Assembly: GCA_049280815.1 (NCBI GenBank)
Contig: JBAPQW010000014.1
Coordinates: 76,893-140,892 of the forward strand
DNA length: 64,000 bases
Direction: 5' to 3'
Origin: Verrucomicrobiia bacterium
Lineage (GTDB): Bacteria; Verrucomicrobiota; Verrucomicrobiia; Limisphaerales; UBA11358
Of this stretch, positions 11,301 to 18,295 are shown one piece after another. Numbering within the stretch: position 1 is the first letter of the stretch; each line of letters starts with the position of its first letter. The notes under the pieces were generated by a model, which worked only from the letters and a program-made list of their open reading frames with translations, was not told the DNA's origin and did no database searches. The translations under genes and the position numbers were made by a program.

Positions 11301-11477
11301 CAGGTCGGCGCTGGCGCCGACATAAACGGTCGTCACCGTGATGGTCGCGTTCTCGCTCCGCGGGTATTGCCGGATATTCAGCGAACGGATGGCCTGCAGG
11401 CCCGCGATCAGGATGATCAGGCTCACCACCGTGGCCAGCACCGGCCGGCGGATGAAAAGATCCGTGAAAGATTTCAT
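8382..11477 (-). CDS. RND efflux permease (AcrB/HAE1-like)
   Basis: 1031 aa. It starts MKSFTDLFIRRPVLATVVSLIILIAGLQAIRSLNIRQYP and has 12-TM RND architecture with two large periplasmic loops. Confidence 0.92.
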   Translation of the reverse strand: MKSFTDLFIRRPVLATVVSLIILIAGLQAIRSLNIRQYPRSENATITVTTVYVGASADLVRGFVTQPLERAIAAADGIDYMESASKLGVSTITVHLRLNYDSKKALGEISSKVDQVRNDLPPEAEIPALTIATADSQFASAYLSFSSDILAANQITDYLVRVVQPRLTALEGVQKADVLGGRTFAMRIWLKPDRLAAFNISPSEVRTALAANNFLSAVGHTKGSLVQVNLTANTDLRSVEEFKNLVVRRVGNQLVRLRDVADVVLGAEDYDSEVRFSGERAVFMGIWALPNANSLDVVKRVRQEMAAIQKNLPTGLNARLAYDATKYISDALHEVVKTLIVTLIIVAIVIFLFLGSFRSVLIPLVAIPLSLIGAVFLMQVFGFTLNLLTLLAIVLAVGLVVDDAIVVVENVERHIREGKTPTDAALLGARELIGPVIAMTITLAAVYAPIAFQGGLTGSLFREFALTLAGAVLISGIVALTLSPVMASRLLSHEREDQGLVGRINRDFDRLKVFYGRVLDWTLARRPMIYTVWIGLSLLTIPMFKMAWQAKEPAPAEDQGVIFGVVETPPDATIEQTSFYADLAGSLFATVPEQEQVFQLTQPDGGFGGLVLKPWGQRKRTAFQILPEVQAMVSRLPGIRMFMVTPPPLPTGGENFPVNVVLSATEEPEQILKYAQQLQQVCATNGMFAFPPMIDTKVDQPEAELVIDRDKVATLGLDLQTVGSDLAVLVGGNYVNRFDLSGRSYKVIPQMERGVRLNAGQLENTYVKGPGSQLIPVSTFAHLVKHTTPRALNRFQQLNSVKISGVAIVPLDAALKFLEAEAARILPSGYKLDYTGDSRFLRVEGDKFLPAFLLAVILIILVLAAQFNSFRDPFIIILGSVPLAIFGALIFCFLKMPNPNLWFWTNGWTTSVNIYSEVGLITLVGLISKNGILIVQFANELQRQGRSKTQAIREAAILRLRPVLMTTVATIAGNFPLTLVTGAGAAARNSIGIVLVAGMSIGTLFTLLVIPSIYVLIAKQHSGEKPARGEN

Positions 11478-11489
11478 GCGCGCGGCAGT

Positions 11490-12614
11490 TTAGCTGTTCG
11501 GCGGATTGGGCGACATCGACGGCTGCGGCGTGTCGGTGTTGTTTTCCTGCACGCCGACGCCGTTGCGCAATTTGAACAGCCCCGCCGTCACCACGCGGTC
11601 GCCGGCCTTCAATCCTGATTCCACGCTGACGAAATCGCCATGCGCCCGGCCGGTGCGGATGAACTTCTGTTGCACAACCAGATTCGTCACGCCGTTGGCC
11701 GCCTGCGGTTCAACCACATAAACGGCATCGCCAAACGGCGCGCTCAATATCGCCGTCGCCGGCACCACCAGCACGGTTTGCGCCTCCGGCAACAGCACCT
11801 CGACGCGTACGAACATCCCCGGGTGCAACAGCTTTTCGGCGTTTTCAAACGTGGCCTGCAACCGCACGCTGCGGGTGGTCTGGTCGAGATCCGGATTGAT
11901 GGCTGTCAACGTGCCTTCGAAACGCTGGTCGGGATAAGTGTCCGAGGTGACCCGCACCGGCAACCCGGTCTTGAGCTGCGCCAGGTTCTGCTGCGGCAGG
12001 GAAAAATCGGCGAAAGCCGGCGATAACGCCTGCAAGGAGACGATCGGTTTGCCGACGTCCAGCAACTCGCCGAGATTCACCAGCCGGATGCCCAGCTGCC
12101 CGGCAAAGGGCGCGCGGATGGTTTTCTTTTCAATGGTCGCACGGATCGCGTCGGCATTGGCCTGTTCCTGCTTCAAGGTCGCTTCCACCCCGTCCAGTTC
12201 GGATTGCGATACGGTGTTGTTGACGCGCAACTGGCGCGTGCGCTCGGCATTAAGCCGGGCCAGTTCCACCTGCGCTTCAATGGCCCGCAGTTGGGCTGCT
12301 TCCGACGAGGTGTCCAGCCGCAGGAGCAGGTCGTCCTTGGCCACGGCGGCACCGGATTCAAACGCGATTTCGCTCACCTTCCCGGCGATTTCGGGCGAGA
12401 CAGTCACGCCCTGCACCGCGCTGATGGAGCCGACGGCGGTCAGGGTGTCCGGCCATTTCTCTTCATGCACAACGGCGGTGGAGACCGTTTCCGGGGGCGG
12501 GACGAACGCCCGGCCGGCGGCGATGAGGGTGCGCACCTGCCACGTTTTGATCCCGGCCAGCACCAGCACGACCGCCAGCACGATGAGGCCGGCTCTTGAA
12601 ATGTTTCGTTTCAT
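11490..12614 (-). CDS. efflux RND transporter periplasmic adaptor subunit (MFP)
   Basis: MKRNISRAGLIVLAVVLVLAG anchor, coiled-coil hairpin and beta-barrel (IRAPFAGQLGIRLVNLGE). Start set to ATG 12614, which forms an ATGA overlap with the TetR stop (12611-12613). Confidence 0.88.
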   Translation of the reverse strand: MKRNISRAGLIVLAVVLVLAGIKTWQVRTLIAAGRAFVPPPETVSTAVVHEEKWPDTLTAVGSISAVQGVTVSPEIAGKVSEIAFESGAAVAKDDLLLRLDTSSEAAQLRAIEAQVELARLNAERTRQLRVNNTVSQSELDGVEATLKQEQANADAIRATIEKKTIRAPFAGQLGIRLVNLGELLDVGKPIVSLQALSPAFADFSLPQQNLAQLKTGLPVRVTSDTYPDQRFEGTLTAINPDLDQTTRSVRLQATFENAEKLLHPGMFVRVEVLLPEAQTVLVVPATAILSAPFGDAVYVVEPQAANGVTNLVVQQKFIRTGRAHGDFVSVESGLKAGDRVVTAGLFKLRNGVGVQENNTDTPQPSMSPNPPNS

Positions 12615-13249
12615 GATTTTTTCCGGATCGAAGGTTGGTGAACTGAGGTGCGTCGCTGCTTCGCGCCCGCGCCGGTCAAAAACAGGTCCACGATGCGCTC
12701 CGCCGCCCGGCGGTTCAGACGAAAGTTCGGCATCAACAAATGCGCCGTGATGCAAAGGTGCGCCTGCCCGTAAAAACCATAGGCCAGGTCTCGGCTGTCA
12801 AAACGGTCATCCAGTTCTCCAGCGGTTTGCGCGCGTTTGATCAGCGAGCGGATGAATTCAAGATTGCGCTGGCAGCGGTCCAGATAGTTCAGCTCCGGCG
12901 GCACTTCGCCCGGGGCGGCAAACGCGGTGGCGAAGGCGATGCGCGTCAACTCGCGTTTTTTGTGAAAATAATCGAACAGGGCCGCCAGGATTTCAATCAA
13001 TTGTCCCCGAACGTCCGACTTGCGGGCCGCGGCCTGCTGCACCACCTGCAGCCGTTCGTCATGGGCCTCGCTGACCAGCGCCTGGAACAGGCCGGCCTTG
13101 TCGTGGAAATAATAGTACAATGCCGGCTTGGACACCTTCGCGTCGCCGACGATTTGCTGGACGGACGTGGCCGCATAGCCGCCGTTGGCGAAGCGTTTCA
13201 GCGCCGCCCGGAGGATTTGCCGCCGCGTCCCTGGACCAGGTTGAGCCAT
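12611..13249 (-). CDS. TetR/AcrR family transcriptional regulator
   Basis: RRQILRAALKRFANGGYAATSVQQIVGDAKVSKPALYYYFHDK is a TetR N-terminal HTH. It is the first gene of the efflux operon. Confidence 0.9.
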   Translation of the reverse strand: MAQPGPGTRRQILRAALKRFANGGYAATSVQQIVGDAKVSKPALYYYFHDKAGLFQALVSEAHDERLQVVQQAAARKSDVRGQLIEILAALFDYFHKKRELTRIAFATAFAAPGEVPPELNYLDRCQRNLEFIRSLIKRAQTAGELDDRFDSRDLAYGFYGQAHLCITAHLLMPNFRLNRRAAERIVDLFLTGAGAKQRRTSVHQPSIRKKS

Positions 13250-13251
13250 AA

Positions 13252-13269
13252 ACCTACCGAACGGTAGGT
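13252..13269. promoter_or_regulatory. perfect palindrome, candidate TetR operator
   Basis: ACCTACCG-AA-CGGTAGGT, 3 nt upstream of the tetR ATG (13249) in the tetR/livJ divergent region. Confidence 0.4.
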
Positions 13270-13497
13270 AACCATGGCAGGTTCGTCAAGCGACTTTTTG
13301 TGGCGGGTCGGGCCGGTGGCCTGGTGGGTGGGTCGTATAATTTGCTGTAGCCTCGGGCATGTGGCTTGAATGAATCGGCATGCCGCGCCGACGCTGCAAT
13401 CCGAATCAAGCCCCCTATCCTTTTCAAAGAGTTGAAAGCGTCGCGGCAAATGCGTACTCTGGCCGGGTTAGGCGGTCACCTTGAAACCAGAACTTTT

Positions 13498-14664
13498 ATG
13501 AAAATGTGGCGCACACCAACGAGCTGGCCGGCACTGGGCCTGGCCGGGGCCTTGCTGGCTGGCCTCACCGGCTGCAACAAGCCGTCGGGCGGCGAGGCCG
13601 CGGCCGGCGATGTCATCAAGGTCGGTGAATTTGCGTCGTTGACCGGCAGCGAGGCCACGTTTGGCCAGTCGTCGCACCTGGGCACCCAGATGGCGGTGGA
13701 CGACCTCAATGCCGCGGGTGGCCTCCTGGGGAAGAAAATCCAGTTGCTGACCGAGGATGATCAGTCCCAGGCCGGCCAACCCGCCACGGTCGTGCGCAAA
13801 TTGATTTCGCGTGACGACGTCATCGCCATTCTTGGCGAAGTGGCGTCTTCGAAATCACTCGAGGCCGCGCCGATCTGCCAGCAAAACAAAATCCCGATGA
13901 TCTCGCCTGCCTCGACCAATCCAAAGGTGACCGAGGCGGGCAATTACATTTTTCGGGTCTGTTTCATAGATCCTTTTCAAGGCACGGTCATGGCCAATTT
14001 TGCGCGCAAAACCCTCAAACTGAAAACCGCGGCGGTGCTGGCAGATGTGAAAAGTGATTACAGCCTGGGATTGGCCAAATTTTTCAAGGCGGGTTTCACG
14101 GCCGACGGGGGAATAATCGCATTGGAACAGAACTACAGCGCCGGGGACAAGGACTTCAACGCCCAACTGACGGCGATCAAGGCCGAAAATCCCGACGGGA
14201 TTTTTGTCCCCGGTTATTACACGGAGGTCGGGTTGATCGCATTGCAGGCGCGTCAACTGGGCATCACCGCGCCCATTTTTGGCGGCGACGGCTGGGAATC
14301 ATCCTCGTTGGTGCCCATTGGCGGCAAGGCTCTGGAAGGCTGCTATTTTTCCACACACTATTCACCCGAAGACACCTCGCCGGCCGTGCAGGACTTTGTG
14401 AAACGGTTCCGCGCCCAACACAATGAAACGCCCGATGCCATGGCTGCGCTCGGTTATGATTCGGCCATGATCCTGGCCGATGCCATCAAACGCGCTGGCT
14501 CCACGGATGGCGCAAAAGTCGCTGCGGCGCTGGCGGCCACGAAGGACTTCGCCGGAATCACCGGCAAGATCACCATTGACGCGAACCGCAACGCCTCGAA
14601 ACCGGCCGTGATCCTGGCCATCAAGGACGGGCAGTTCAAATACGTGGAAACCATTACGCCGTGA
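13498..14664 (+). CDS. livJ: branched-chain amino acid ABC transporter substrate-binding lipoprotein (LivJ/LivK-like)
   Basis: Type I periplasmic binding fold (IKVGEFASLTGSEATFG, PMISPASTNPKVT). Start set to ATG 13498, giving MKMWRT...LAGLTGC with a lipobox. Confidence 0.88.
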   Translation: MKMWRTPTSWPALGLAGALLAGLTGCNKPSGGEAAAGDVIKVGEFASLTGSEATFGQSSHLGTQMAVDDLNAAGGLLGKKIQLLTEDDQSQAGQPATVVRKLISRDDVIAILGEVASSKSLEAAPICQQNKIPMISPASTNPKVTEAGNYIFRVCFIDPFQGTVMANFARKTLKLKTAAVLADVKSDYSLGLAKFFKAGFTADGGIIALEQNYSAGDKDFNAQLTAIKAENPDGIFVPGYYTEVGLIALQARQLGITAPIFGGDGWESSSLVPIGGKALEGCYFSTHYSPEDTSPAVQDFVKRFRAQHNETPDAMAALGYDSAMILADAIKRAGSTDGAKVAAALAATKDFAGITGKITIDANRNASKPAVILAIKDGQFKYVETITP

Positions 14665-14668
14665 ATTT

Positions 14669-14682
14669 GGTTGAGAGTTGAG
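14669..14682. repeat. heptamer array GGTTGAG AGTTGAG (left arm of the livJ-livH inverted pair)
   Basis: Two 7-nt units directly after the livJ stop. They are the reverse complement of the CTCAACC units at 14800-14827. Confidence 0.6.
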
Positions 14683-14775
14683 GAAAAACCTGCAAATGAC
14701 AATGTCGTGCTCAACTTTGATCCAGTGGACGTATGGCGGAGGGCTTTTGACTCTGCCGCGAACGGACAGGGCGAA

Positions 14776-14835
14776 ATGTTGAGCGGCCCCCGGAATTCTC
14801 TCAACCCTCAACCCTCAACCCTCAACTGGCTCTGA
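14776..14835 (+). CDS. candidate 19-codon upstream ORF spanning the heptamer array
   Basis: ATG 14776 ... TGA 14833-14835 translates MLSGPRNSLNPQPSTLNWL. Its stop overlaps CTG 14832-14834 (CTGA), the inferred livH start. Confidence 0.3.
   Translation: MLSGPRNSLNPQPSTLNWL
14800..14827. repeat. heptamer tandem array CTCAACC x3 + CTCAACT
   Basis: Four exact or near-exact 7-nt units read directly from the sequence, immediately upstream of the conserved livH N-terminus. Confidence 0.9.
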
Positions 14836-15737
14836 CCGAATTTCTCCAGCAACTCATCAACGGCCTGGCTTTCGGCTCGATTCTCGCCCTGATTGCGCTC
14901 GGCTACACGATGGTTTACGGAATTCTCCGCTTCATCAATTTCGCCCACGGCGACATTTTCATGCTCGGCGCGTTCACCGGATTTTATATCGCGCCAAGAA
15001 TCGCCACCCTTTTACCCACCCCGTCCATCGGGGCCGGACTCGTCGTCATGGGGATTTCCATGGCGATCTGCGCGGCCATCGGCGTGATCATTGAACGGCT
15101 GGCCTACCGGCCGTTGCGACGCAGTCCCAAACTGGCCGTCCTGATCTCGGCCATCGGGGTTTCGCTGTTCCTCGAATACACCGGCCAGCTGGCCTTCGGT
15201 GCCGCCCCCAAAAAATTTCCCGACCTCATCCCGGTTTATCCCCTCACGCAATTAGATGGATTGAGCATCAACAGCAACCAGGTCATCGTGCTCGGCGTGA
15301 CGTTGTTGCTGTTGCTGGCCCTGAGATTCATCACGTTGAAAACCAAAATCGGCACGGCCATGCGCGCGTTGTCGTTCAATCCCGAGGCCGCGGCGCTCAT
15401 GGGGATCAACACCGACGTCGTCATCTCATTCACCTTTGCCCTCGGTTCGGCGCTGGCGGCGGCGGCGGGCATTCTCTATGCCATCAGCTACCCGGCCATT
15501 GACCCGCTCATGGGCATTTTGCCCGGGCTCAAGGCGTTCGTGGCCGCGGTGCTCGGCGGCATCGGCAACCTGCCCGGCGCGGCGCTGGGTGGCATCATCA
15601 TCGGCGTCACCGAGACGCTTGTTTCCGGCTACATTTCCTCGACCTACCGGGATGCGATCGCCTTTGGCGTTTTGATTTTGATCCTGCTGATCAAACCTTC
15701 GGGCCTGCTTGGCAAAAGGGAGGTTGAAAAGGTGTGA
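14832..15737 (+). CDS. livH: branched-chain amino acid ABC transporter permease LivH, non-canonical (CTG?) start
   Basis: The first ATG (14910) falls inside the conserved LivH motif GYTMVYG. The in-frame upstream sequence encodes LTEFLQQLINGLAFGSILALIALGYT, matching the LivH N-terminus. This frame has no ATG/GTG/TTG between the stop at 14748-14750 and 14910, so only CTG 14826 or 14832 is available. Confidence 0.8.
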   Translation: MTEFLQQLINGLAFGSILALIALGYTMVYGILRFINFAHGDIFMLGAFTGFYIAPRIATLLPTPSIGAGLVVMGISMAICAAIGVIIERLAYRPLRRSPKLAVLISAIGVSLFLEYTGQLAFGAAPKKFPDLIPVYPLTQLDGLSINSNQVIVLGVTLLLLLALRFITLKTKIGTAMRALSFNPEAAALMGINTDVVISFTFALGSALAAAAGILYAISYPAIDPLMGILPGLKAFVAAVLGGIGNLPGAALGGIIIGVTETLVSGYISSTYRDAIAFGVLILILLIKPSGLLGKREVEKV

Positions 15738-16720
15738 TGTTCAGGCATGCCAAACTCCTGCTGCTCGCCGCCTTGGGGCTGAGCCTCCTGGTGTCGCTCG
15801 GCGCGGCCCGCATCGACCCTTACGTCCTCTTTGTCCTGTGTAACATCGGAATCTATATCATCCTTGCCGTCAGCTTGAACCTGATCAACGGGTACACCGG
15901 CCAGTTCTCACTCGGTCACGCCGGTTTCATGGCCGTGGGCGCTTACACCGCAGCGGTAATCACCAACCAGTTCGGGGCCTTGAATCCGTTCGCCTCCGGT
16001 GCGCTTTTCTTCGGCGCGCTCCTCGCCGGCGGATTGCTCGCGGCGGTGGCCGGCCTGCTGGTGGGACTGCCAACCCTGCGGCTGAAGGGCGATTATCTGG
16101 CCATCGTCACACTCGGTTTTGGCGAAATCATCCGCGTCATTTTTCAAAACATGGACCGGGTTGGCGGGGCGCGCGGCTTAAGCGTGATGCACGATTACAC
16201 GAATTTCTTCTGGACGTTCGGCATGGCGGCGGTGACGGTTTACGTGGTCACCGCGCTGGTGCACTCAACCTACGGCCGCGGCTTCATTGCCGTGCGCGAC
16301 GACGAGATTGCCGCCGAGGCGATGGGCATCAACACAACCAAATACAAGGTCACCGCGTTTGTGGTCGGCGCGTTTTTTGCCGGCATTGCCGGCGGCCTCT
16401 TTGCGCATTCCACGCTGTTCCTCACGCCGGGCGGGTTTAACTTCATGCAATCCATCGCCATCGTGGTGATGGTCATCCTGGGCGGCATGGGCAACACGCC
16501 CGGGGTGATTCTCGCCGCGGTTCTCCTTACCCTGCTGCCGGAGGGGCTGCGCTGGTTGGCCGGGGTCGAACATCTCCCGGGCATCGCCAAAATGCATCCG
16601 CTGGGCTGGATTGGCGACACGCGGATGATCATTTACTCCCTGTTGCTCATCGCGCTCATGCTGACGCGACCCCAGGGACTGTTTACCTGGCGCAGAAAAA
16701 TCCAGAACATCCCGTCATGA
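15734..16720 (+). CDS. livM: branched-chain amino acid ABC transporter permease LivM
   Basis: Polytopic permease with GQFSLGHAGFMAVGAYTAA and LRLKGDYLAIVTLGFGEIIR. GTG 15734 overlaps the livH stop (GTGA); ATG 15737 is the alternative start. Confidence 0.9.
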   Translation: MMFRHAKLLLLAALGLSLLVSLGAARIDPYVLFVLCNIGIYIILAVSLNLINGYTGQFSLGHAGFMAVGAYTAAVITNQFGALNPFASGALFFGALLAGGLLAAVAGLLVGLPTLRLKGDYLAIVTLGFGEIIRVIFQNMDRVGGARGLSVMHDYTNFFWTFGMAAVTVYVVTALVHSTYGRGFIAVRDDEIAAEAMGINTTKYKVTAFVVGAFFAGIAGGLFAHSTLFLTPGGFNFMQSIAIVVMVILGGMGNTPGVILAAVLLTLLPEGLRWLAGVEHLPGIAKMHPLGWIGDTRMIIYSLLLIALMLTRPQGLFTWRRKIQNIPS

Positions 16721-17493
16721 CCGCAACCTCCGAAAACGATTTGCTGAGGGCTGAACGGCTGACGATCCGCTTCGGCGGGCTGACCGCCGTTTCGAATCTG
16801 GATTTGCAGATCCGGGGCAACGAGCTGGTCGGTTTGATCGGGCCGAACGGTGCGGGCAAGACCACCGTGTTCAATCTCATCACCGGCGTCTATCAACCGG
16901 CCGAAGGCGAAATTCTTTTCGATGGCCGGTCGGTGGTCGGCAGCAAACCTTACCGCATCACCGCCCGCGGGATCGCCCGGACGTTCCAAAACATCCGGCT
17001 GTTTTCATCGCTGTCGGTTTTTGACAATGTCCGGACGGTTTTTCACCTGCATTTGCAGGGCGATGTCCGGCATGCGCTCTGGCGCGGACGGGCGTTCCTG
17101 GACGAGGAAAAATCCATCGCCGGCCGGGTGGTGGAACTGCTGGAAATTTTCCACCTCGAAAAATTCCGGGAAGCCCCGGCGAAAAGCCTGAGTTATGGCG
17201 ATCAGCGGCGCCTGGAAATTGTGCGGGCGCTGGCGGCGCAGCCGAAATTGCTGCTGCTCGATGAGCCCGCCGCCGGAATGAATGCGAGTGAAAAGACGGA
17301 TCTGATGCGGTTGATCCAGTTCATCAAGGACCGATTCAAGATTTCCGTGTTGCTCGTCGAACATGACATGCAGGTGGTGATGGGCATCTGCGAGCGCATC
17401 GTGGTCCTGGATTACGGCGTGAAAATTGCCGAAGGCACGCCGGATGAAGTGCGCAAGAATCCAAAAGTCGTCGCCGCGTACCTGGGAGATTAA
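16717..17493 (+). CDS. livG: branched-chain amino acid ABC transporter ATP-binding protein LivG
   Basis: Walker A GPNGAGKTT, signature LSYGDQRRLEI, Walker B LLLLDEP. ATGA overlap with the livM stop. Confidence 0.92.
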   Translation: MTATSENDLLRAERLTIRFGGLTAVSNLDLQIRGNELVGLIGPNGAGKTTVFNLITGVYQPAEGEILFDGRSVVGSKPYRITARGIARTFQNIRLFSSLSVFDNVRTVFHLHLQGDVRHALWRGRAFLDEEKSIAGRVVELLEIFHLEKFREAPAKSLSYGDQRRLEIVRALAAQPKLLLLDEPAAGMNASEKTDLMRLIQFIKDRFKISVLLVEHDMQVVMGICERIVVLDYGVKIAEGTPDEVRKNPKVVAAYLGD

Positions 17494-17577
17494 ATGAACA
17501 ACCAAGGCGCGAAGACACAAAGAAAAAGAACTGGCCGTCAGGCTGCATGGCGCCTTTGCGCCTTTGTTGTTTAAAAC

Positions 17578-18288
17578 ATGCTGGAAATCAAAAATCTGGC
17601 CGTTGGCTACGGTGCCATCACCGCGTTGCATGGAATCTCGTTGTCTGTGCCGGCGGGTGGCATCGTCACGCTCATCGGCAGCAATGGCGCCGGCAAAACG
17701 ACGGCGTTGAAGACGATTTCCGGTCTGCTGAAACCCAAGTCCGGTGAAATTCTATACGCCGGCAAAAACATCGCCGGGCTGCCGCCGCACCAGATCGTCA
17801 ACCTTGGAATTTCACACGTCCCGGAAGGCCGGATGATTTTTGCCAATCTGACGGTGATGGAAAATTTGCAGATGGGGGCGTATCTGCAAAAGGACCGGTT
17901 GGTGGTCCGGCGCGCTTTGGATTATGTGTTTGCGGCCTTTCCGCGGTTGCAGGAGCGGGAGAAACAAATCGCGGGAACCCTGAGCGGCGGCGAACAGCAA
18001 ATGCTGGCGATTGGCCGCGCGTTGATGAGCCGGCCAAAATTGCTGATGCTCGACGAACCGTCCCTCGGCCTCGCGCCGTTGCTGGTAAAGACCATCTTCG
18101 AGAAGATCGTCGAAATCAACCGCGAGCAGGGCATCACGATTCTCCTCGTTGAACAGAATGCAAAACTGGCCCTGGAAGTTTCAGGCTTCGGCTATGTGCT
18201 GGAGACCGGCAAAGTCGCTTTGTCAGGCGACTCGGCCACGCTGCGCCAGAATCCGCAGGTCAAAAACGCTTATCTGGGCGGGGTGTGA
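17578..18288 (+). CDS. livF: branched-chain amino acid ABC transporter ATP-binding protein LivF
   Basis: Walker A GSNGAGKTT, signature LSGGEQQMLAI, Walker B LLMLDEP. Confidence 0.92.
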   Translation: MLEIKNLAVGYGAITALHGISLSVPAGGIVTLIGSNGAGKTTALKTISGLLKPKSGEILYAGKNIAGLPPHQIVNLGISHVPEGRMIFANLTVMENLQMGAYLQKDRLVVRRALDYVFAAFPRLQEREKQIAGTLSGGEQQMLAIGRALMSRPKLLMLDEPSLGLAPLLVKTIFEKIVEINREQGITILLVEQNAKLALEVSGFGYVLETGKVALSGDSATLRQNPQVKNAYLGGV

Positions 18289-18295
18289 TTTCCGG

